A DNA stretch of 64,000 bases from a virus: the IMG/VR virus record IMGVR_UViG_3300045988_163836, one strand, 5' to 3'. This document shows positions 1-13,800 of the stretch, one piece after another. The stretch's first letter is position 1. Every line of letters begins with the position of its first letter. The position numbers were made by a program, and so were the translations under genes. The notes beneath the pieces were generated by a model. That model made no database searches and was not told the origin of the DNA. It saw nothing but the letters and a program-made list of their open reading frames with translations.

Positions 1-301
1 ATTCTCCAGTATCTTGCGTAGTTGCTTTATTAAAAGTGAATTTAGTACCAGGGGGCGCCTAAATACCTATTTTTTTTACATTATTGAAGCCTTTTAAAAT
101 ATTAACTCCAAAAATATCTATTTTTTTATTTTCATAATCTGTTTCATCATTGGTAGTAGTTTCAGTAGAATCATTTAAATTATTCTGATATACAGCACTA
201 TATACTAATTCAGATAAATCTCCCTATTTAGTAGAAACTAATCCACCAGAACCACCATAGTCCTCTAAATTATAAACAATTTGTTTAAATTGAATTCCCA
301 T
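1..301 (-). CDS. Hypothetical late protein, partial. The start lies at about 301 and the gene runs off the window. TAG is read as sense.
   Basis: An ATG at 299-301 follows AAGGAGG (plus strand 'cctcctta' at 311-318). The ORF stays open apart from in-frame TAGs at about 213 and 43, with the last complete codon at 2-4. It is transcribed immediately downstream of the fiber gene. Confidence 0.4.
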
Positions 302-312
302 TATTTACCTCC

Positions 313-3300
313 TTATACTCTTGTTAAAGCTTCATTTGTTGTAATCGACATATTTCCATTATAAGTTAAAGGAAGAGTATATTGAGTTATAACAAATTCC
401 CCTTGTATATTACTTTTTCTATCATTTATATAAATTAAATTATTAGGTTCTAAATAATATCTTGGCGCACAGTTAATAGTAACAGTTAAATTATAAATTA
501 AATACTAATATAACATTTCTCTTATATAATCAAATGCCGTACTTCCTGTTCCGCTAGAACTAAATAATTTCATTTGCCCCGGTTTTAAAGCACAATAAGC
601 CTAACCTTTTAATGTATAATCTTCTATCTTTTGAATTAAATCTGCTTCCCCAGTATTTTCAAAAAATATGATATCAGGCACTTCTAATTTATATAAAAGA
701 CTCATATTAGTTTTAGTCAATGCTTTAGTACGCCGACCTATTTTATTAACTGAATATCTAGATACTAACTAATCTACATCAATAAAATCTAACCAATATG
801 TTATTAAGCTAGGATCAAGATAAATAGCAGGATTCCATCCAATCCAAGTATCAGGTATGATTTCTTCATTTTGATTTTTTTCAGAAGAATTTTTTGATTC
901 AATCTAATCAATTTGATTCCGCCATTCTTCATGCCAAGTTTCATTCTAAGGATTAAATATTTGTTTACGCCACAGATATTCACCATCTATTTTAGCTAAT
1001 AATTCATCATCATAGTCTCCTTTCTGAGTGCCATTTTCATTATTTAATAAAGCTTGTCTAAATAATTCTTCACGCCATTCATTACAAGGAGTACCAATTA
1101 AAGTAAAATAAAAATTATCTTCATAATCAAAAGGAGGTTCTTTAGGAGTATATGTAATAATTTTAATTTTATTATTATCATTAATAGTAGAAAAATCAAG
1201 AATATTAGAATTATAAGCTTTAGTAATTTCTTCAATAATTTCATTTAATGAATAATTACCATCATCACGCAAAATAAAAATTTTTTTTATTATATCTTCC
1301 TAATCACCTAAGATTTTTAACTAATCTTTTTTACCATCTACTGGATCTAAGAATGGTAACAATAAATTACTTCCTCCCGATGTATTTCCATTTGATGTAT
1401 TATCTTTATTATTATTCTCTTCATTGGGTTTTAATGTAAAACCTGGATCTAAAACATCTAAAGGCATAATTCCATAATTTGGATCTCTAGGAGTAGGACC
1501 AGGTATATTATTATCTTCTGAATTGCCAGGTTTATTTGGCTTAGATGAATCATCTTTAGGAATTTCTTCCATATTTTTATAACTATAAATTAGTTCAATA
1601 TCTGAAGTTAAATCATCTTTATTTGTTTTATAATATTCTAATAATTTTTTAACTAAATCGTTGTGTTCTTCTTCAGTAATAACAGTTTCATTATTTTTAT
1701 TTTTTATTACTGGATAATTATTAGGAAATACATAACTATATTCTGTCTTCTTTTTAGATTCATTGTAACTAATTAATTTATAACTAGCAACAATAGTATT
1801 ATTTATAGAAATTAAATTATTAGAATCAATAAAACTAAAATCATAATCCTTATTTTTTTCATCAAAATTTATATCTTTAATAATTTTAATATAATAATTA
1901 ATTTTAATAGTATTTAAAAAATTTTCTATATTTCTTAATGAAAGTTCTTCAGTTAATTCGTAAACCTAAATCCACTAGCCTTCGCTATCATAATAGCCTA
2001 AAATATTTTTATTATCTATATTTTTTATTATAGTTAAATAATATTCTTTAGATTCATTAATCGTTGTATTATTATTATTATCATCAGACTTATCATTAGA
2101 AGAATTATTATTTTTATTTGCATTATTTTCTTGATCTGGTGGTAACATAAAATCTGGATCTAACACTGTAGAACCTAGCTCTGGTACCATAAAACCTGGA
2201 TCTAATTCTTTTGTATTAGATATTAGCATAATGCCGTAATTTTCTAAATCTCCAGTCCCTTGGCCTTTACGCCACCAAGAGGCAGGAATACCAAAACCCG
2301 GATCTAATGTGTTATCATCTTTATAATTGTCATTTTTATTATTATTATTATTATTTTCATTAGAAGAATTATTATTACTTGGCCAACTATCAGTAGCATC
2401 TTTTTTAGGATAAACACCAAGAGCTAAATGAGTAAAGTCAATAATATCAGTTAAATCTTCAAGATATTGAAATCCTATAATTTCTCCATCTAATAAAGTA
2501 ATTTTATAATATCTTATCTAATTTAAAAATATTATTTTATAATATAAAATAAACTAATCGCCAGTGTAAAAAGAATAATTCTTTAAAATATTTTCAATTA
2601 TATCTTCTTTAATGTTAGATTCAATTACTTCATCCGCCATTTCTTCATGATTAACAGAATAAATAATTTCTAAAGCTTTTTTATCAGGTGTCTAATTATA
2701 ATTGCTTTTTTTATACTCAAATAAATAAAAAGCATGGTCACCATTACCTCGAACTACATCCCACATATATTGATTAGCTAAATCAATTTGAGGTTTTTCA
2801 TCTATAGCTAAATGATACTATATAGTTTTAGTAACTCCATTACTATTAGTTTTATCGCCCCATACAATAAAATCATTTTTTATATTTTCATATTTAGGAC
2901 TATTATAATAAGATAATGCATCTTTAGCATTTGCAAAAGTATAATAATATTTACTATCTGAAAAAGCTTTTATATAATAAGTATCATTTATTTCTGTAAT
3001 AGGAGTATAATAATAATTTAAATAATTCTTTTTCTACTAAAATACAAAATGACCATCTAAATCATAAAAATATTCATAATTTCCTAAAGATTCAATAATT
3101 TTATCAAGGACAGAAGTTACTGTATCTCCCGCAGAAAATACTAATTCTCCTGGATAAGTAAAATCTGTTTCTTGATATCCTACGTCTTGTCCATAAATAA
3201 ATTTATGCTATAAAAAATTTTCATCTTCAGGAGCATTTTCACTAATTACAAAACTTTTATAATCTTTAGAAAACCATATAGGATTTTGGCCCATATATTT

Positions 3301-3918
3301 TGTACTAAGTTTAGCTGTCATATCTACATCATTAATTATAACATTCTACTCTGGTTCTTTGCCAAAATGTGTTACACATTCTTTAATAACCGTAAATATA
3401 GGCACTTGCTCAATTGTAATATCTCCATTTTCATCTTCATATTGTGTCTCATGAAAGGTAACTGCTGAAGGTAATGTACCTCCACAAGTACCATCAAGCA
3501 TACACATTTTATCCTTACCTGAAATAGAAATATTTGCAGCAGAAGCTGTAGTAGAAGAAGTAGCTTGATTAATTACAAATGTTCCAAGAGGAAACCAAAT
3601 AATATCTCCATAGGTTTTATAATCTTCAAATGGATTCTCAAGTCCTACCTCTACTTTTACTTTTTTATTAATTGAAATAATATTTTCAATATTATTAATG
3701 TCATTCTCATTTTCTACACCGCTAATTGTTAGACTAATCGTGCGGCGCAAGGCGGCAGACCCATTAACTGTAATAGAGCCTGCCGTTGCTATACCCTATA
3801 CTTCTCGTATGGGTTTTTCATCAACAAAAGATAAAATGGTAAGTTTGATATAATGTTTTTTTATACGCATTTCATCTAATGCAGTTAAAAACTCACTATC
3901 TTTTAGATATTCTCTCAT
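313..3918 (-). CDS. Tail fiber / receptor-binding-like structural protein of about 1200 aa. TAG is decoded as sense.
   Basis: Hand translation from the ATG at 3916-3918 (RBS GGAG upstream, ATGA overlap with the upstream gene stop). The frame stays open to a TAA at 313-315 if about 10 in-frame TAGs are read as an amino acid. There are N/D-rich low-complexity tracts and repeated LDPGF motifs. Track fragments 946..1272, 1321..1572, 1975..2229 and 3346..3750 all lie in this frame. Confidence 0.5.
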
Positions 3919-6900
3919 TCCGTTTTCTCCTATGATTCATCTTTTTCTTTCTGCTTACCTTTTTTAACTTCCAAAGATGAAACAGATTTATAATTAACTA
4001 TTGCATAAGTAGGTCTAACAAATTCTACTTTAACAATCTCATCTTTCAAAGGATTTAAAATTAATTTATTAGTAGGTCCAATACGTACATGAGTGCCAGG
4101 AGAACTAATATGATAATTACCAGTAGTTGCATCAAGATCATACTCTCTATAAAAAACTAAATCTGTATTAGCATCTGCTTCAATTTCGATACTATCAATA
4201 CCAGTAAAATTATATATAATTAATTGATCTGAACCATTCATCCAAGCATCAGTCTATTTATTTAAAGTTAATCCAGACAAAGGTCTATAATTTTCTAATA
4301 ACTATGTACCAGTTATTAATAATTCTTCAATAGACTCTGTATCATCTTTAACTCTATTTAAAAATTCATTTATATCATTATACAATAAATCAAAAGTAGA
4401 TTCAAGTTTTTCATCACTATAATTATTTAAAATAGAAGTATGTACTTTTTCTTTTATTATATCCATTAAATTTAATGTAGAATATAATCCATAATTATAT
4501 TTTTCATTAACTATCTAAGTATCATCATTTCTAAAGAACTAATAATTATCAAGAATATCTTGAGTATCAGTAAATACTCCACCAAGCTATCCCCATTGTG
4601 CAAATTCACGCTTAGTAACAGTCACCATTTCTAAGAAATCTTCTTCCTCTAAATCAACTATATAATTAATTAAAATAGGGCGAGTAAATTTTAAATACAT
4701 ACTATCAATAATGGCATCATCCAAATGATAAATACGACTGGGCATCATAGAAATTTCTTTACCATTTATTATCATAGTAATAATATTAGTCTAATTTTTT
4801 TCATATTCCTATAAAAGCTATTCACATCTTAATAATTCAACTGCATTAGTTAACTGACCTATCATAGTTGAACTAGTTTTATTTTTTAAATATTCTATTT
4901 TATTTTTAAGATTTAGTTTAGGATACTATTCTACCCAAATCGCTTTTATTCTTCTTACTCGATATTTTCTATCTTCACTTATTTCTTGTTCTTCTTGAAG
5001 TTTTATTGCGTTACAAATGTTATCATAAGTAAGATTAAATTTATTATTATCAACTATAGATAATTTATTATTAGTAATTTCCTGTGCATATTTTCCATTA
5101 AATGTTCGAGCTACTTGCCCAATAACTGTTTTAGTTTTTGTACTAGCATTCTAAATTGCTAATTTAGAATTATTAGACAAAGTAGTTAATGGATTTATCT
5201 AATATAAGATAATATTTTCTGGGGTACAATCAGCTACTTCATAAGCTGTTGAATTAAAATCATAAATCATACGATATAAAGAAGCTTGAGGAGTCCAAGT
5301 AACATTAGTTAAAGTAACTATATGATTTCCTTCAGTTGGTGACTTAAATAATTTATAACCACCATCATTTAAAAATTCTTCTACCCAATGTCTATATATA
5401 CGTTCCATATATATATTATCATTAGTTGGATTAGTATTAAATGTAGAAGCATTTTGAATATTATATTGTCTTATATTATAATCATTGTTATATGGATTCT
5501 ATAAATCACGTTCAAAAGTTTTAATATATTTATCTTTTGAAATAACTATATCTCCATACCAACTATGATAATAACCACCTTTAGCATCATTACGCATTAA
5601 AAAAGAAGAATCAATATCACTTAATAAAGAAATTTTTGCACCTAACTAAAATTCTGCATAATGTGCCAATCCATTACGCAAAATAATCGGATATTTAGAA
5701 TTCAAGCTATCTTGCTTTTGGAATAAAGTAGTATGCTTATAACTATTCATTTTGCAATCAAAATCTAAACGAACTTGAATACCATTATTATAAATATAAC
5801 TATACTAAAAATTAGACCAATGCGCTGGTGATGAATCAATATCATCACTTTCATATTTAGGGGCACTTCTTAATCCTACAGCATTCTATTTCTATAAAGC
5901 ATATTTATATTTAACTCCACTTTCAACAGTAAAATCTTCATATAATAAAGTTAACTTATCATCATAATTAGTTTCATTATACCAATCAAATTGAGCTATA
6001 TCTTTCCATTGAGTATAATTATCAGTTTCACAAGCTCTTGATAAAATAAAAGTACCATCAAGAGATTGATATTTTTCTACATCTATTTCACGTTCTACTT
6101 TTTCACCAGTAATAGTAGTAATAGTTATTTTTTCTTTTACTTCATAAGGATTATTTTTAATATAAATTTCTAAGCTGCCATTTTCATCAGCTCGCAAATT
6201 ATGACTAAAATCTTCAATTGCTTTTATTCTAGTAATTTTACTTAATACATGAGTTTCTATATTATCTTCATTAATATTACCAGTTTGATAAATTATATCT
6301 CCCGCATTATACCCATCTGCATCATCATAATAACCTTTAATAAATTTAGGAGCCTATCCTTTTAATCCAAAATATTCCTTATACATCTAAAAAGCAACTT
6401 GATTTGCTCCGGCTATTTTATTTAATAATATGGTAGATTCAGTATTATCTTTTACTGTAAATACTAAAGTCTATAACTATTTTAAATAATTTTCAGTAAT
6501 AGTAAAATTATAATATTCAGAAGATTTTTGATAATTATTCATTGTAATAACATCAAAAATCAATGAATACATTTTTATTCCAGTCTAATCTAATTGTCTA
6601 TTAAAACTATAAGAGACTAAAGCACTATATTTATCTTTCCCTCCACCATTATACTATAGCCAATCACTCTATAAATATGGCTCAGAACTTGGAGGATTCT
6701 TTGAATTAAAACTGCCTTCATATAATCTAAAACGATATTTATCCAATGGTTCAGTATCGCTTTGATATCCTCCCTCAAATTTAGGGAAACGGCTAACTTC
6801 TATATTATTACTTGATATTAAAATAAATCCTACATCTAATGAAGAAGTATCTTTATTATTTAATATTTCTACAATTGGATCATCAATTGCTTTAGTAATT

Positions 6901-7343
6901 ATAATATTGGACCATTCTGAAAAAGCTTCAGCTACAGTCTAAGATTTTTTCCATTTAAAAAATGAAATTTTATCTGTATAATCTATTTTCCCATAGCCAA
7001 AACGTATCTAAATTTTATAATAAGTATTAGAAACCCAACCTATTGTATCTCCTAATTTAATATCTGAACTATTTACAGTAACTGTATATATTTCATTATC
7101 AGTAGAGGTAGTTGGCTTTTCCATATAAATAATACCATCCCAATATTTATCAGTATTAATTATACTTTTATTATTGGATTGCTATACAAATTTAATTGAG
7201 ATATTCTTTACATCCTCATAATTTAATGATTTAGGTAAAGAAAAATTTATATTAATAGAGGCCGCAGTTGCTAAAAATGCTGGTATTGAACTATCTACAA
7301 TAGGCGGATATACTCTATTTATATTTATTGTGGACGCTGCCAT
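3915..7343 (-). CDS. Large tail/baseplate structural protein of about 1140 aa (TAG as sense).
   Basis: ATG at 7341-7343 preceded by AAGGAGG. The frame is continuous through many TAGs to a TGA at 3915-3917. Track fragments 3930..4241, 4587..4775, 5199..5408 and 5892..6197 are in this frame. Confidence 0.5.
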
Positions 7344-7451
7344 TTATTGACCTCCTTTAACTCTTATTTCTATTTATTTTTAAAAATTATATATTGTAAA
7401 CATACTATTTTGGTCCAAATAAAAAAAAAGAATGATGGATAAAAATCCATC

Positions 7452-10400
7452 ATTCTTCAATATACCAATCACGTAATTTTATATTTTTAGGAGCAATATA
7501 ATCAGATAACTATTGTTTTAAATCAGCATTTGTAGCTATCTCATTTAGCAATTTAGCTACTGTTAAAATATTAGTCACACTTTCTTCTTTTAACTAAATA
7601 GAACCATCAACATTAAAACATAAAGCATCTCCTGCTAATTTTACAACTCCATCAGAACGCAAAATATTGGTAGGAATACCATCTATATCATATTGATATA
7701 ATCCTGAAACAAACCCTGAACTATCTAATTCTTCCGCTGGTTCTTCTTCAGCTTCTAAACTTAATGTCTAAATTTCTAAATCTTTTCCTGGATCTTCGAT
7801 AGGCAAGGTATATTTTCTACGTTTATTTTCCCACAAAGAACCTACATAAGTTTTACCTTCATCTCGCGCCCAAGGCCTACCATGAGAAAACCCTGGATCA
7901 AGAGGCTTTTCAGATTCTACATTATCTTCATCAAGTACGGGTATATTAGTACCATCATTATCTTCATCTGTTATAATAGTAATATCTTTATTATTAAGCA
8001 TTACTATTGGATAAAATAAACTACCTTTATTATCTGGCAAAAAAATCTATAATGCACCCATAGGAACTGTTTTTACTTGGTCAGTGGATTTAGCAAAATA
8101 AGCACCTGGATAATTTTCTTGTGGTCTAAGGTATTGCTATTTTACATTATCAGAATTAGTAGAATTAACTATAATTATATAATCAGTAAGAGACACTGGA
8201 TTAGTAACCTATAATAAATCAATAAATTTTTTACCATCATATTTATACATAAAAGAAATCTATTTATTTATTAAAGAAGGAGTTCCCTTTTCATTATAAG
8301 TAATTTTAGAAGGTATATTAATATTACCAATGCTATTAACTACAAAATTAGTACTAACCATTATAGGCTTGTAATAATATAAAGTCTAATTTGTAATAGC
8401 TTTATTCTCTAACCCTATAGTTACTTTAAATTTTATAAAATACTAACCCTTACAATCTTCAACTGGATTTGAAATTTTAAATACATTTTTTTCTTTATTT
8501 ACTTTTTCACAATCTAAATTGATAGGATCTGCTTCAACAGTTATTTTATATTTATCTGTGACATTACCAACAGCATCCTAATAAGCAGAACCATTTATTA
8601 TTTTATTACCATTATATCTTACTTCTGGCATAAGATAAATCGGTTCATAACCAGACCCACTTTTTTTATTAATAGGTTTAGTATCGAGTTCACTGCCATC
8701 AACATTACAATCTTTAATAATTAATTGATAATCTAAACCACTAACTGTTGAGTCACCTGGTTTAATAAAAACAATACTTTTATTAAACTTAAATTCTTTA
8801 TCAGCTAATGTTATTACTTTTAATGATAAGGTATTATTAGTATAAGTATCTACATATTTAGGTTTAATATAATAATGTAAAGCATTATTAGTTTTATCTA
8901 TCCAAAGCTTTGAAAGCATTGAATTAGTAATTTTAGTAGTAGGATATTCTAAAAGTTCTCCTCCATCAGGTGAATACCAAGTAACACTTTTAACTCCTAT
9001 ATTTTCCTTATCTACGCTAATAGTTGGAGTAATAATTATTTCTTTATTAGCCTAATCTAAAGAAATACTACCATTAACATCATACTAAAAAGTATCTGTT
9101 CCACTAAATACTACTCGCACGGGCGATTCTTGTTTATAAGTAATTAATTTATATTCGCAAGGTACATAATCACCAGTATCTAATTTACTAACACTATAAA
9201 ATATTACATTACCATATTCTAAAAACTAACTTACATCAATCTAACTAACTCCAGTAGATAAAGGTAAATATGATCCATCCATCAAATCAACATACCAATC
9301 AGCTTCATTAATAGTTTCTAATGAATCTACAATAGATAATTTAACTTCATTTTCACTAATAAATTGCGGAATTATAGTAAATCGTTCATTATAATATTTA
9401 ACTACTCTAACATCTTTATATAAAGTAACATTAGAATTATATACTACCACTAATTTATATCGCATCTATTGATATACATCTTTGCCCGAAATAGTTAGTT
9501 CATTAAATCTTACATTAGAACTATCATTAATACATTCCCACCCAGGGCCGCCTATCTAATCATATTTTTCACTACCAGATAGAACTGCCGGATTCTATTT
9601 ATACCAATAACATTTGCAAGTTTTTTCTTCTAATATATTTTTATTAGCATAATAAAAAACGCCTATTAATTTTATTTTATCGGTATCTTGAATTAATGAT
9701 AAACCCTATGGCGCGCTAATACCTACATAATATAAATCTTTAGTAGAATCTTGGACATCAACAAAACTAAGTTTTATATTTTTGACAAAAAGATTAGGTT
9801 CTTTATTATAAACCGCAGTTATCTCACCTTTACCGTTAAAAACAGTATCATATCTTAAAAATCTTTCTTGAAAAAATGTAATTTTTTTTATGCCAATTAA
9901 ATTAATTCCAGTTAAATCATAAATTACATACTATGGTGAAAATACTTCATAATCGTAAATACTACCAGAGAAATTTATAATATCTAATCTACGACTAAAA
10001 ACAATACCTGTATCTTTTTCTACAAAATCAATTTTTAATCCATAATTACCAGCCATCATTGTTCCATAAAACTATGTTCTAAAATCGGCCTAAATCATAA
10101 TACGAGGATAAGTAGTTAATAAACTGGTAAAAATTACATCTTCAGTGAGATTATCATTTTCATAAATTACCTATTCATAATATTTACTTTTATCTTCTTC
10201 CTCTTCTATCGGTTCTTTACTATCTTCAGCCTAAGTATCAGTTGCAGTACCTTCTTTTGTATCATTTGATGAATTATCTTTATCATCTTTTGGAGTTTCT
10301 TCTTCTTCCTTTTTAGGTTCTGGGGCATAAGCTAAGATACCATATTCATTACCATTGCTATATATTTCACTTATTTCAACTACTTGCTAAGATAAATCGC

Positions 10401-10746
10401 TATATTCTTCTTCTGTATAAGAAGTAGCAGATGCTTTGCCTTCAATAGTTTTTTTCTAAGTAAAATCACCGCCTGGTACTTTTACATATACATTAGTTCC
10501 TTTAGAATATACATAAGTTAATGTAGCTGGGGCATAAGCACAGAATTTGCCTTTTTGATATTCAACAAAATACTCTCCAGTACTGGCGTCGTTTAGACTT
10601 ATAACTTCAGCAATTATAGTTTTATCAAATGATAATTCAGCATCACGTGCCCGTGCTATATAATCTATAGTCTCTAATAAGGTATCTGTTATTTCTTTTG
10701 GCTTTTTTATAGTAGCTAAATATTCTTCTTTTCTATTATAAGCCAT
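7452..10746 (-). CDS. Large distal tail protein of about 1098 aa, immediately downstream of the tape measure gene (Dit/Tal-like by position).
   Basis: ATG at 10744-10746 with RBS GGAG. It ends at a TGA at about 7452 and is followed by a rho-independent terminator hairpin at about 7415-7450. Track fragments 7768..8040, 8578..8919, 9241..9465 and 10456..10746 join if TAG is read as sense. There is one LDPGF motif. Confidence 0.5.
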
Positions 10747-10802
10747 ATTAACTCCTTTCTCTCCTCAAAAATGAGGAGGAAATTAATCCTCCTCATTTAG
10801 AT

Positions 10803-13800
10803 TTATTTGCACTTATATATTGAGCCGCATTATTACTAAGATTAGACAATGCTTCTTCAATTTCATAATGATCAGTAACTCCTGGGAAGTCTGCTTGGAT
10901 AGTAACTTCTTGCTTAATTGGCTAAGTTTCATAAACAGGTGGAGTAGTTTTATCAATTAAATTACCCAACTTTATCTATCCAAAATTAATCATTGATTGC
11001 ACTTGTTTATCAACCCAATCATTCATATTACGAACAATATCAACTGCACGAAGTATATTAGAAGTATCTTTTTGGTTAAGAATTAATTCTTTAGGATGGA
11101 CTTTAATAATTTTACCATTATCAAGTCCAAAGCCTTGTCCTTTAGCCCAATTACCAGTATAAGCACCAGAAGCAGCACCATTTCCGTTTAAAATATCATC
11201 TAACCATTTTTCATCTTTTTCGCTAGTAATCTATTTCATTTCGTCTTTAGTCCAATAATCAGTGCTAGAATCATTCTTTAATTCTTGACCCTCATTACGC
11301 ATATTATCTAATTTTTCATTACGGGCTGTAACTACATCATCAATACTCGTCCAAACGTTACCATTTTTATCAACAACAGTACTTTCCCCATTCTTCATAC
11401 GAATAGCAATAGCACTTAAATCAACACCAACTAAATTTCTAGCACCACTTCCGCCGCCGCTACTGCCAAAGTTACCATCAATATACTATTCATTCTTAGC
11501 TAACTCTTCATCAGTCCGCTTAGAATATTTCTATTCCCAATCAAGAACCATTCCAATAGACTAAGAAATATAACCCATTAATACATTAACAAGCTCTTCA
11601 ATTTCATCACACAATTTTTGAATATGTTCTTCAAGACTATCAAGAGTACCGCCCATATCAGAACCAAAGTTTTCCCAAGATGTACCAGCAACGTTCATTG
11701 CTGCTTCAACAACTTTTTGCCAATCTTTATAATTGGTTTGTAATTCACTAATTGTAGTATTAGAATTATTAACAAATAACATATAAGCATCATTATAATC
11801 ATACAAATCAGTCATTTGGCCGTAGAGAGTATCATGGAATGTTAATCCACTATTTACAACACCTTTATTTAATTCATCAAGTAAATATCTTTGTCTTTCA
11901 ACATAATACTCTTGCAATGATAATAGCTAATTTGAATAATCCGCAGAGTTTTTATCAAGATCTTGTAGGGCTTCTTTAAAATCAATTTGATTCTAAATTA
12001 ACTATTCACTTACGTCATTAATATAATCCTTACTTAACTTACCTAATTCATGAACCGCATCTTCATATTTCTATGTGGCGTCTTCAATTTTTTCTTCATC
12101 TGCATCATAAGCATAAGTCCAGTTACCAGCGGCATCACGCACTAAACGCATTGAAGTTTTGGAATTTTGTTGCTCCATAAGAGCTATTTCAGCAAGTTGT
12201 AAGTCATATTTCTTCTACAAATACTCAAGATCATATTGGCTCATCTAGACGCCATCGGCCTGAAGATCGTGAATCTCTTGCTAAATGTCTCTAAGTTTTT
12301 GTTTAGCTAAAAGGTCATTAGTATCAGCCAGCTATAAATTTAGCTAACGATTTAATTTATTTAATTCATATAAGCGTTCGGCATCATCAAGATATTCTTC
12401 ATTGATAGTTTTTGCTTTTTCGTATTTGTCTTGGAAATCTTCAAGAGTTTCAAATGGTGATAATGCATTACTTAATACATTAACGGCCATTTCAACACGC
12501 ATTTCAAATAAATCTTGAGCAGCTTCAAGTGTTTCTTCCCAAGAAGCTAAAAATTCATCAGAAGCTTTTTCAGTTTCTTGTTTTAATACTTCAACTTGAT
12601 TCTCCCAGAATTTAACAGAAGATGTATCACCATCAGCCTGACGATCAGCGAGAGCGGCCTAAGCCTCTTTAGTTGCTTTAGCCAAACCATCCATTTGTGC
12701 TTTTAAGGATTTCATTTTACCTAACATTGTTTCTACCTTAGTAGCACCAATCTAAGTTTTTAATCCCATATCAAGCATTGAGCGACCAGATAAATCAATA
12801 ATATTATTAAGATGGTCAAGCATCGATGTATAAGTATCAAGACGTTCTATCTACTTATCAATTTCATCAAGTGCCAAGTCTAGAACATTCTAAACCAAAT
12901 CTTCAATATCATTACGTAAATCTAGAATAGCTTCATTAACATCAATTAAATCACTTTGATATTCAAGTATCTATTCATCAAACATTTGTTCATAACCTGG
13001 ATACTTAGCTTTCGCGGCGTTCAACTAATCAATACCCTAACGTAATGTAGCACCTTTATCAAAGAGCTATAACATTTCTTGCTCTTGGTAAGCAAATCCT
13101 TCAAGCATTGCTTCAATAGTTTGTTTATTACCATGGGCCTATTTAAGAAGTTTTTCTTGATAATAATTAAGACGTTTAATCTAATAATCAATCTATTTAA
13201 CTTTCCAATCAATAGCTTTTGTAATGGCTTCGAGTTCAAGTTCAGCAGCTTCTTTTTCTTTCTGAGCGATAAGAGCGACATTTTCATCAATGTTCTATTG
13301 GATACCCATAGGACCATCAAGACTATCTTTGATTTTAGTAAACCATTCATTCAGGTCTTCTTCACTCATGCCATCTTCAAGATTTTTTTGATACTAAGCC
13401 CAAACTTTACCCCATAGCTCAGAAGCATTAGCAATTTCACCATCATCAGTAAGCTTTATTTCAAATTCTGGATTTTCTTTGTTAAATTCTTCTACTTTAA
13501 GTTTTAATAACTTTTTCCAAGATTTAATCTAATCTTCAAGAATATCTTGCTCTTCTTTTAATAATTTTATTTCTTCTTGGATATATTTAGCAGAATCTTC
13601 TGGATTAGCTCCCTCACGTAAAGCTTCAAGACGATCACGTTTCTTTTCTTTTGTTTTTAATACTTCATCTTGAATTTCTTTACCAATATCATTAGCAGAT
13701 TTAGTAGATTTACCTCCACCGCCTCCGCCACCACCTTTATTCCCGTTTTCAGTGGTTAAATATTTGCTGCCATCACCTTGAGTAACAACAGAACCTTCAG

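Noticed and set aside
13079-13417. Plus-strand ORFs inside the late region, such as 13079..13417, 3286..3468, 15642..15836 and 20912..21106.
   Set aside because: They are low-complexity F/I/L/K-rich translations antisense to a clearly coding minus-strand frame in AT-rich DNA, and they have no RBS.
13700-13740. The poly-Gly (G8) tract in the tape measure gene as a sequencing or assembly artefact.
   Set aside because: The codons alternate (ggt/ggc/gga mix: ccaccgcctccgccaccacc on the plus strand). It is not a homopolymer run, and it sits inside a flexible linker context.
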